Assembly: GCA_040954595.2 (NCBI GenBank)
Contig: CM082594.2
Location: 5,627,319-5,691,318, forward strand
DNA from: Balanoglossus misakiensis
Lineage: Eukaryota; Animalia; Hemichordata
DNA: 64,000 nucleotides
Direction of reading: 5' to 3'
A program made the position numbers and the translations under genes. Positions within the stretch are counted from its first letter, which is position 1, and every line of letters begins with the position of its first letter. Below the pieces are notes generated by a model that made no database searches, was not told where the DNA came from, and was given only the letters and a program-made list of their open reading frames with translations. Below, in pieces: positions 1-11,950 of this stretch.

Positions 1-3000
1 CATCACCATGGCAACATACCAAAAGAAACATACATGTACATATCAAGGTCTGCATGAAAACTCCTGTTTGTTGATTTCAATCAAGTGACCTACTTTTCTC
101 CATGGCCTAGATTGTCCATCTCAGCATTTCAGCACTTCAAAAACTCTTCCAGTGGAAGAAAACCTTGGATCGCTTTTCCTAAGCCCAGGCATTGAACCAA
201 GCAACCTCAAATTATACTTCCTTGACTTCTATCCCATGCAGGAATATCCAATCCACGGAAAAGTTTGTCCACAACTGATTTAAATGCTGTCACTCACGGG
301 GCAGACCATCTATCAACTGATAAATCTGGTGGCTTCGTTTTAATTGGAGGAATCAGGCATATTCAGCAACAAACAAACAATTCCCACTTAAAGGCCAGCG
401 TTACTGGAAAGATGCAGTCCCATGACATTCACACAATTTTGTCAGTTTCTGTTGGAACTAAAACCATGAGGAAAACCTTCTAAACATAAAAACCCACTCA
501 TATATTACACATTCTCATAGAAACTATTCAGGGCAACACTGCAAAGACTGCAACATGATCGTTTAATACAGGAATGGAACTAGGATAATTTCATTTCATT
601 TATTGCAAACCTTTATTCCAAGGCAAGAAAACACCAGTGCTAAACTGAATGTTTCACATCACCTCATAAAAACAGAAGCACTTTTGGAAAACGGTCATAA
701 AAGCAAAACAATGAAGACAGCTCAACGAAATAAACCGTGTCCCACTTACATACAGCAGGGTCAGTCAGTTATCAGTTTGTCATATCTGAAAGACCTGAAG
801 TCCGGAGATGACGGTTTTACAAGTCCCCAGGGACTGTTTATGATTACCTCTTCAGAAAATTGATCAGGGAGCTCTAGTACACGTCAATAAAACATTGGCA
901 ATGACACCTCTTGACATCATCTGTTACCAGGTAATAATATACAGAGAGTGACCCATATAAGGCCACAGATCGATCACAATCAATTACTGAACAACTCATT
1001 AAAATTTTCATTCAACGCAATCCTCCATGAATCATACATCAGAGAAACCATCCATCTCCTGTAATGTCATCTGAATATAATTCTCATTTATCTTCACTTG
1101 TCTGCTGTGAAGCAATTTTCTCTTCAACTGTGATTTTCTTTGTCTCACTCCATTTTTTTCAAAAACATATTTTTATATTTGGAAACAATCACTGATTTTT
1201 GTTACGACTGTTTTTGCATGCTTGGTCATACTTCTAAAAATCTGAATGGTCAAATGTGTGTATGTACAATTGTATGTATATGACCAAATACAGCTGAATA
1301 CCAATTTTCTTATCTGTTGCACTAGACTTGGAAGTTGATAGAGTTGCTGGGCTGCCACAGAGAAATGGCTCTGACCACAACTCCACATTGTTTACAATGT
1401 CATCTATAATTTGTGGGCTTCCTTCCTGTAAAGTTTTTTTATCACACCTGATGTCTAATAGCCGATCTCTGAGATGCCCTTTGACCTTTCCACAATGTGT
1501 AGTCACAGATTTACTGATCATGGTGAGTCTATGACCTTGCAAGATCCGCTCGCACATAACGATGGAAAATCCAAAAGTAATGCAGAAGTGTTAAACCGCT
1601 TTCAATCTTGATCAATCTACTCCTTATAATCATGATTGGTTGCAGCAGTGCCCTGACCATGGGCTGGGGATAATTTCCACAATTAATTACCGGCGGGTTG
1701 CCGTGGCTACCGTCATTAACTGTCAAGTCGCCAGTAACCGTGGGGATTTCTAATGCAATTACGGCCACTTTTGCATTTCTTCATCAGTAAATTACACAGG
1801 AAATTCACCATGATGAATTCTTTTATTTCATCAAATTAAGTTTTTTTTGGGAAAAATAACTGGTGAATTAGAATGGAAATGTGTGCATTCAAACTGATAA
1901 ACTGGGACACAATGTTATCGTACATTTTTCCCAGCAATGTGCTGACATTACAAGTAATAACTGTTACATGTGTTATGACGTGGCTTTTCGTCTTTGAAAA
2001 TTGCCTGGAACGCAAGTCCTGGGTATAAACATAATGGACTTAGGGGGTACATGTATAAAAGGCAGCCACATTAATACTTTCAATCGAAGAGGTTCATAAA
2101 TAATAGAGTAGTTATCACATCATTGGTTTTTGAGATGTCTGGAATTGTTAGCCGTAAAATTAAATCTCCTGGAGTAAAAAACAGTTTATGTCATCACAAA
2201 TAAATGAAAGATGGTAAATTGAAATATGGTACTTTTGATCTTAATAAATGAGAAATGTCAAACTTTTGGTTTCGTAATGACTATTTTCAGATGATATTTT
2301 CTTGGTAGATGGAGTTTACAACCTATCATTTTAATACATGTATGAAACCAGTAATGACATTAATAAACGGACTTATATTATATTCGAAAGGCCAGGATAT
2401 TTTTCACGTCACGTACAATATCCATAATTGGAGTTGATCAGTCATAAATTTTCTTTTACAGTAATTACAGCTTTCAAGACGTAATTTGGCAACTTGTATG
2501 GAAATTGAAATATGATGGTGATTTTATTTATTGAGTGAGTACTTTTCATTAAAGGAGTGGACTCGATTTAATTCAGGCGGAATTTGATACATTCAATTAG
2601 AATAGAAAAGGAAAATGCTGCTCTGGTGTTCCCATAGTGTATACGGGTAAATAAATGTTGTAGACTCACAGATAATCCATTCAATGTGGCAAGTTGTCTG
2701 TCATTAACATTCTGTGAATACTGGGGATTAATAAGGGGTTTTCAGATAACTTTTGCGGATGTAGAAATTAAAACCTTCTTGGTCTATTTCTGGCGATGAC
2801 AAATTCTACTTATTATTCTGTTCAATAGCTACGGTCTAATATCTGAGTCATCAACCTTACAGGTGTATAGGAAGTCGTCTGACAGAACGACTTGCAAATA
2901 CGACACGTCAGTGGATGCACAGACTGCTCGCGGCAGGTGTTCATTCAGAACTGAACGGCACATCAACACACACATGAATTCAGTACAATTAAAAGTAAAT

Positions 3001-3150
3001 TCCCATCCGTGTCAATGCACTGGTACCCATCAGAAGTTATTGTTGCCTCTCCTATCATAGATAAATGTTCTCAATCAATAATTTACTATCAATGAAAATA
3101 TAAGGGATATCACACAAGATTTTCAAACCTGCTATGATTGCGTATTTCTG

Positions 3151-3250
3151 TTCATTCATTCATTTTTTCATTCATTCATTCATTCATTCATTCATTCATT
3201 CATTCATTCATTCATTCATGCATGCATGCATGCATTCATTCATTCATTCA
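3151..3250. repeat. (TTCA)n microsatellite with an internal (TGCA)n patch
   Basis: Read directly from the sequence. Confidence 0.95.
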
Positions 3251-6200
3251 TCCATTATTTCCACTGGTACATCAGTAAAAGTAGGTATACATGAAAATTT
3301 AAACTACAGTACAAAGATATACTGTAGGTTGCTTCCTTCAGGAGTGATAGCAAAACATTTTTTATCAAACCCATCAAATGCACGTCATACCATTATTAAT
3401 TTCATCACACAGCACAAATGTTATACACTTGGATGAAATTGTTGTCAAATTTACGAAATCCACAGATGTTCAGGACAGAACTGACTCTTCAGTTTAATAA
3501 CGTTTTCATTCGCAACATTTATGCGCTTTTATAAGTTCACAGAAATCTCTGAGGAATACTTAGTGAAAACACAGATGGTCTGGAGGACTCTCCTGCTCTC
3601 TCTAATGGAATCGGATCAATTATATGGGAGGATGCAAAACGTGACACGACAGATGTTCGTCTGACCCTGGGGGGAACTCTCACAGGGTGAGTGACATGAG
3701 CACAAACAATGCGTATAATGACTGTATATATCCTTTTGATTAAACTGCAACTGCACCATGACTTGGGGCCGCCTGAACAGGTCGTTGCCTGACCCCTGAC
3801 CTGACCTTTGACCTCCACCCACAATACATATCTTCGTGAGTACAGTTTGGAAAATTAATAATGTTGGCAATATGCAAATGGGTGTTCATTTACTGTAGGA
3901 TTCTAAATTATGGATTAATTTGATTTTGAAAGAGGAGGATATTTTTAATATTACTAATCAATTTAGACAGAAATACATACCACTATCACTTTCATTTTCT
4001 GATTTTATATGCATACTGCCAAATATAGCCTTAGTGGTATTACTCTAGTATTAGCAGCTTCATAGTGTTGTTAGTTTTTTTTTTGCATAAAATGAGTTTA
4101 TGATCTCAATTTCAGATGATGATGGCCGTTTCCTTCTGAAGACAGTCTTCAATAGATTTATAAAATGACAGAACTGTGGTGGTGTGATTTGATATGAATC
4201 AGCAATATCGATGATTAATATTCTAAACTCTTGAGCAGTCATCATCATCAATGACAATCTAGAACCAACAAAACTGGGCCATCCTTCACCGCCTAGTTGG
4301 TGTACCTGTCATTGTTTTTTTTTTGTGAGAGATAAAAGAACACAGGGGGCTGTAATGACCGGTCGTTAAACAGGAGCAATTACAAGACAAAGAAAGACAA
4401 AGGAAATGTACATTGTGAATCATTGGTGATGGAGCAGCAACATGGTAAGACAGGCAGGTAGGTGTGTACATGTACGCCCCTGCTAAAATGCTATTTGACT
4501 AATAACTGACATTTTGGATCGCATATGACAGAGACCGTGAAATAATTCTAGCGAGGTGCGGATCATGATGAATGTCTGAAACGATCGCCCCAGGGACTTC
4601 GCTCCAAGGTTATCCAGGCACAGGGGGATATGGCATTAAAGTATGATATGTAAATCACTCCAAGAGCTCGTTTCGGGGAGCTTCGCCGAGGGGGACCGCT
4701 CTCGCTTGTGAAACACTGACAAGTAACAAAGTGCAAGTTCTTCAGGGCGATCTCTACCGTTCCCTTCATCATTATTCACACCGACGCGCCATTACTCATC
4801 AGCGTAGAGAGATGGAAATTTGAGACAAAGCAGCCCTCGGTGCAGAAGAAGATACACAGAGATCAGTTTGCTGAGCTTCACTGCATCCATCAGTATGCAC
4901 AGGCATAAAGAAGCAATGCATTGCGAATATTAAGTTTCCCCATGCAGATGTTGATAATGATGAGTACAGCGTTTGGGGACTTTGCTAATAAACATTCCCA
5001 GGCACTATAATTTTTGGCATTGTTTGTTTGTGTGATCCCTAGGCTAGAAATTATTTTTTTTACCACAAATGCAACTAACAGCTCACCAGGCTGGGCTAAG
5101 TTCCCACACATAGAACATTCTAGACTAATGTCTCCACCCACAATATTCCATACCATGATTGATCTTGAAATATCTCTCGTCTTGCCGTGTAAGTAGCCAC
5201 GTACGCAATTCCACAATAAATATGTTCTCATGTCCCTTTAGGAAATTTGTCTCCATCAAACTATAATTTAATTTTTAAAGGAAATTGAATAGCCAGCATA
5301 ATTTCTACAAATTAATGAATTATGTAATCAAAAAACAATACCATCCTAATCAAGCCCTCGGGGACACTGTCATTCAATTGTCTTTTACGTCAAATTGCAA
5401 AATGGGAAAATTTTGCAAACATATGCAACTTTGTCATAATAATACCCATTTTTACCACATAAATGGTGAAACCTTAACACAATCTTGGCTGTTTGGGGAC
5501 ACCTGATTACAAAAGGGGGAGGGGGGGGGGTCTTCTGTTCTGCGTTGGGCAGTGAAACAGTGATAATTTACTCTTATTACATGATTGCGTAAAACTAGAA
5601 TAGCAACACTGATATTTGAACTCTGATATTTTAAACATCAAGTTTTGAAATGTTTAATACCAGGAAGAAGAATACCTGCTTGGAAATAGATTTTGAAGTA
5701 CCGACAATAGCAAAGTCTTCATACAGATACAGACGTCATGGTTTGACATTTTTCTGTTCACACTCACTGCTAGGGAAAGTTATGTGCTCTTGGCGAGGGC
5801 ATTGAAGATCATTAGAGCTGCATAACGGGGGCAGACAAAGGAACCTGCGTACTTTGCTCCCAAACCATTGTAAATAACCCCGCTGATTCACACACTAAAA
5901 ACGCTGGCTGATACCCCAGGCAATGTCGAACGAACGTCAGCTAATGTGGTTTAACAGAATCGGAATTTACCGCACTGGTGGTCGAACAGAACTCAGGTGC
6001 AGGTTTTCGTACGGAAAGCGGTGCTAGGTTTCGGACGAATTTCGCGCGAGACGCGAAGGGACAGAACAACGGCAATTAGTGAAAAGCCAGATCTTATCCT
6101 CTGACTTGATAAGCCGAAGCCCATCCGATCTGGTCACAAGATTGGCACAAATTGGCTTTTAGTGTGCACCCCCAATTTGATCGCTTACATTTACCGGCAG

Positions 6201-7274
6201 AGAACAAAACAGACACAGAAAAGGTTAAGAGGCCACGGGAAAAGTCAAAACACAGTAAAGACATTTTCGAGAATGAGAGATTATCCTCAGACAACTTTCC
6301 CATCACAGAGACCAAAAAAAATATTAATCCTCCATTGTGTTGAACTGCTTTTTACCCAATTAACATCATTACTTTCAAAATAATGAAACGCCTCACAGAA
6401 TTGACCGGTATACGTGTATTGAATCCAAGAAAGGACAATAAAAAGTCAGGAAAGGTCAAAAGGGTGTTAAATCGGTGACCTACGACTGTCAACAAGAGTG
6501 ACATATTTTCTTCCGTCATCAGAATTCACAAAACAATTCTACATGACTCAAACTATACGTGTATGAATGTGTTTGCGAAGAACTCAGATATGTACATCAA
6601 GGCCAGTCTTATACAGTAAACAGATGCAAATCTAACACCCCCTCTTCATCTTATCGGCAACAAGACAATAATTTTCTGCCCTTGAAGTGGCGATGCAAAT
6701 CACCTTTATATTTTTCGATGGCCACAGACAACAAAAGGCAGTGTGTGATTTAAAACAAGGGAGAGACGCCTGCCTTTTGTCCTTGATGGCTATTGGAAAA
6801 TCAATGTCGGGAATGTGATTGCTACACAAGATATGCAAATTCATCATCATTTTTTGAAAAATAATTTCATCAGATTTAGGCGTGCATATTATACCTATAA
6901 TTGCCTGACGGTATGGCCAGCTATGTAAACAATTTTTAAATTCCCCTAATTAGACTACAAAAAAGAGCTATAAACATGTTTATGTCAATGAATGGATTAA
7001 AAAAAATACTTCGTATGGTATAATTGCACTTTGACACAATGTTATCAATCATTTATACGGAATTAGGAAATTTGCCTTTTTTGTCAACATTTGCAATTCA
7101 TTTTATGGAATTTGTGTGAAGCAATTTCATAATGCAACTTACATCTGCTACACTGAATTATCATATCTATAAGAGGCCTACACTATATTGATATGTTACT
7201 ATTTGCCAAAGCAATTTCTGAACGCACGTATTTGGACACAATTCGCTCAATAACGCAGGTTTTCATGGGCTTAC

Positions 7275-7341
7275 CGGCTTGCGCTTGACTGAGGCATTTC
7301 AGCATTCGCTCCAATCGCTTCTTCCTCTTCCGTAGACTCAT
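7275..7341 (-). CDS. Candidate alternative first coding exon of AGAP (MSLRKRKKRLERMLKCLSQAQA)
   Basis: ATG in an A-rich context (aaaATG), 22 codons plus 1 nt, then a strong donor G|gtaagc in phase 1, the same phase as the canonical first exon. It lies in a CpG-rich patch with CCAAT motifs upstream (~7831, ~7858). Confidence 0.55.
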
Positions 7342-9671
7342 TTTTTTCCGCGAGAGGATGGAACGGGCGCTATCCCGATTTTGGCAGTCCGGTGACGGCC
7401 AGTTGTGTCATTCCGTGTGGAATCGACGGAAAAGATCCAGAACGGTGTACATTCAGGAAACGTAGATGCCGGAGTGGCTGTTTTTATCACAGTGCATTGT
7501 AGTAGAAATGAATGGGGATGACAACATGGGGTTATCAGTGGTGATGCCTCTCTCCGGACCGCTGCATTTTCTCGCGAGGTAGGGCAGGGTCAGGTCGGGC
7601 AAAGTCTCTAAGATCTGAAGATGCTTCTATTGTATTTCTTACAAGTATTTTCCATACATTTCACACTCAAATTTTTTTTACAAGAAATCTGCATCACGCA
7701 AATACAAAACCCTGACAACCGCTGCATAAAAGCTACCAGTACGTATACATGTATCTCAGAGTGAAATGATGTTTTCACTTTCACTAATCTCCCCCCTACA
7801 ATCACAATGGACTGATCTATACAACCTCGGCCAATCAGAGGTAGACAGGAGCGCAAGCCAATGAGAAGTCAGGTATCACAGTAATTAGATTAAAGGTGTC
7901 ATCCTGTAGTAAACAATAAAAAGACACATCGCGGAATATTGACTACTAACTACATTTTCCATATATGATTAAAAAGCAGTCGCTGTCAAAATCGTTAATG
8001 CAAAAGCAATAAATCCTATTGACACGGGTGGAATTTTTTTTACTGCTTGTGAACGGAATCATTTGAACATGGTAATCACGGGGACATATGAGGTCAGGGT
8101 CTGTCGGTTGTTTACGGGTCTCATATTACTGCACAACCCCCGGAGGTGTTCTTAACTCCCAACTGAAGCATGATGAAGGGCACACACAAACAAAACCACA
8201 ACAAAAGCTGGAATCTGCTGGTCTTTCAAGAATACAGGCAGTAATAACAGACATTGGAAATGGCTGCATGTTACAGATAATATATCATTAGAACAATGGT
8301 TCCTGGTATTACAAATATCAATTTTTATCCAGAATCATACTTCAATTATGAAATAATCAGATTCAGTGACAATCTAATATGTGCAGGCTTTTCTCTCTCC
8401 CTCCCACCACCCCAAACTCATAAAATCTGTCCATCAACCATCCCCCTTAGGCTTCTCCCTTCTAAACTCCTCCCCCATTTCCGTTAATATCCCCCCTGCA
8501 TTAGTGATTACTGTTGAATCTGAGCTATGTTCATATACAGTATCTTGCAAATCAATTCAAACACTGAATAGCAAACTTGCGGTGTTCATTTGCAAACATT
8601 AAAAACGCAATGAAATTTAACGAGCGCTGCAGAATTTCCATGTTTAGCACAGAACAGAAAGGAAAAGTTTAATGCATTTCACACAGAATGGGGACACCCA
8701 TCAGGGCTGGTCTCTGAGTCTGAGTAATTTAGACTGAAGGACCATGCTTTTTGTATGGCCGGGGCCTTAAAGCTGAACAAACACCACACCAGCTGCAGCG
8801 ATGGAAATGGTATCCGTCACATCCACCATGGAAATCGAATATTCACCAAGGACAAAGGAGACTGTTACATTATTGGGGATACCAGGCAATTATGTCATAT
8901 CACTGGGCATTATTACCATGGTTACTGCACGGTTGTAAAAGATCACCTGATTATTATGTGTATCAATATGTCAATTTTATTATTATATTTATTTTTTTCA
9001 TATACAGATGATGAAGTATGATGGAGCACAAAATAGAGCAAATTCTCAAATAGAAAATAGTTTAGTGTCAGAATTTCTCAATTTAATTTTCTCAATGTAT
9101 TTTAACCCTGACAATTGGCGTGAAAATGTATACACACTCTTGAGGCCGTACATGTAATTCACAATAGACAGGTATTTGTAAGTTGAACTTCATGAATAAT
9201 AAACGACCAGACGAGAACTCATAAACAACAGTATTTTATGGCATTCGCGGTTCAAGGACTGGTCAGTGCAAAGCATTGATATTCAAATTCCAACAGTTGA
9301 TGAATTTCACCTTCTGAGGTGAGCTCTATTGTACGGGACAATGGTGTGTGTAATTAGAAAGCAATTTGCAAGAGTAACTGATGAACTCCAAGGGATGTTT
9401 TTTGTGCTCCTTCGAGTGTTTGTTGAATGAAAAGGAAGGCTCCTGGACTTGTTTGTGAGCCCTTTGTGAATTCTGTGTCGCACTCATGATCGTGATCGCT
9501 GATTTTATTTTACTTCCGCGTTTGAGGTCAAGACATGTTGGTTGAACTTGCTGGTATAAGGTTACAACATGTTTTTGAAGTGCAAACATATTTTTGTTTT
9601 CGCTTCCGGCTTATTGACACAAAAGACAGTCACACAAGACAACTGCGATTGAGCATACCCTTCAAACGATC

Positions 9672-9735
9672 ATTGATTGATTGACTGATTGACTGGCTGA
9701 TTGATTGATTGATTAACAAACTGATTGATTGATTG
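9672..9735. repeat. Imperfect (ATTG)n microsatellite
   Basis: Read directly from the sequence. Confidence 0.85.
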
Positions 9736-11950
9736 GGCCTCACTTTATTGCCCTTCTGATCAAATGACGGACTGATTGCTACTAAGTCATCAGTATTCAT
9801 CACCTCAAGAAAAGCCAAGAATAACTGTAGAAAACCAAGCGTGCGTGAATACCCTTCAAAGCTTTTCAAGGTCAAGCAGGAATCCTTCTTACATCTTAAA
9901 TCCACACCATAACCCCCTGTTTTCAGTTGAACGCATTTTCCAATACCGAGATTGCCAATGAATAGCGGGCCCACCCACTGAATTATCTGTAAAAGAGGTC
10001 AGACAATGCCAGAAATACAAATGACGTTGGACTTTCAGAAAATCTCATTTCCTGTCCCGTAATTGAAGTGAATTTTATTAATCCAGAGAAATACCTATAT
10101 AAAATGTAAAAGTATCAGACTAGTAATGACAGCATATACATGTACAATTATTGGCCTAAGTGTTCAGTTTATATAAACAAATTTCTGATATATTTCCACA
10201 GACCAATAGCCCTTACATAAGTTGCTAAAGATGAACATGAAGTGAATAAACAGTCTGACAAAAATAATCTTTGATCATTCTGTGTTCAGATTCTCGACGG
10301 ATCTGAGTCAAGTTGTGTCTTTTATGAAACAACAAAGATATTACATCGTACTATTGTTAAGGCATGGACCACTGGCACCCCCCCCCCCCCCCCCCCAGTT
10401 CAAAATGATACAACCCACCAGACCACAGCTAACCATGGAAACACACAACAACCCAGAGATTCTAGGGATAGCCATACTCACGTTCCACTCTCACGAAGCG
10501 ACCACATCCAACTATCTCAGGTGTGTGAATGACACAGCTACTTCTGCAGGGGGTCAATTCGGGTCACCCACAAGCAGGAAATATATTCTGTTCCGTGACA
10601 ATAACTACTGGTAACTAAACAATACCCTTGCCCATCCTTAAGCAATTCATGACAGTCGTACGTGATTTCTTCGGCCTATTGTCCAGTTTTGTGACAATAA
10701 AGAACACTGGTGGAATGGGATTAGCCAGTCTTTGTGATAAAAAGATTTTCATCAAATGTGACCCAAGTCGGGTTAATACCAACATCCAATTGACAATTCG
10801 ACTACCAGGTGATATTAGTATGGAACTGTAAAATACTTTTGTGGGAGTGCAGAGTAGGACATTGTTAATTAGAACGCTGCTTGCTTGGTGGGTCTCAGAC
10901 AGTTAGATTGCAATTGTGTATCAGTAACCATGCAATCTGTAAGATGATGATATGGGACACATTGTTGTAGAAATTTTAAAAAGTTTTGAAATATGAAATT
11001 TTATTTGTTCTAGTTAAAGCCCGATCACTCAACAGAAAGTTTACTGACAATACAAAACTCTATCTGCTTCCCGACTTTGTTCTTTGCGCTAGACAATTCA
11101 CTATCCTAATCTGCTGTGATACGCACACAGTAAAACCAAACAAAGTGAGGTCGCTAAACTCTACTTCTCACATACTGTACTATACCAGTTCCATTATTCC
11201 AAAGGCCACACATGTTCAATTAAGGTCAGCCCTGTCTGTGTGTTTGGCAAGATTCAACAGATTCTGACAACGTGAGAAATTTTCTCTGGTTTCAATCTGG
11301 TCATACTTATTTTAAGAATTTCTTGCATACATGTACATGAACAGTGAACACAACAAGCTATAACATATTTTATAACTTTTTCGGCTGTCATTTTGATCTG
11401 TGTTGACTCAGCATCACGTTTCTTTCACCTCATAGTCTGTTTACACGTATATATACATTTCATTTCACTCACAATCCACAGGTCTGTCCCCTCAAGCACA
11501 TCTCACTAAGTAGCACATTAGCCTGGGTACCACTAAAGGTCACCCAGTTCATCGATTGAAATCTGTTTTATCCCATCAATATTACTGTGTGATTTCCCCT
11601 CCACTAAATCATAAAATGTTTCTGATTCTATTTAACCCGCTTTGATGATGTAAAGTGTAAAATGCAAGAGTCAAGTACACTTCTTATAGTTATACTGTTG
11701 AGTATTTAGAAAGTGAATCCATGATACAATTGCACATCAATTACAAATGTCCTTAGCGAAATTTATTTCAGTCATAACAGACAAATACAGTCTACTACTT
11801 CCCAAGGGAGATTCTGAACAATCGACCTACATGTATATTTACATCTGCAGGCAGAACAAATCGACTGTTACTAATATGAGAATTTTCACCTACTTCAATC
11901 TGGCAGTAACAATGGATCTGCATCTGCGGATGATCCATCGTTAGCAAAAC

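Noticed and set aside
745-1557. Minus-strand ORF-like region ending at a gtaagt donor near 749
   Set aside because: There are stops in all frames near the donor and no recognisable homology, so it cannot form a phase-1 coding exon.
3134-3436. 100-aa ORF with FIHS repeats
   Set aside because: It is a translation of the (TTCA)n microsatellite.
9893-9986. Minus-strand segment bounded by a good acceptor (ctcttttacag|AT) and a gtaaga donor, considered as AGAP exon 2
   Set aside because: The translation (DNSVGGPAIHWQSRYW...) does not resemble DAFVNSQEW, and 94 nt would shift the frame. At most it is a cryptic or poison exon.
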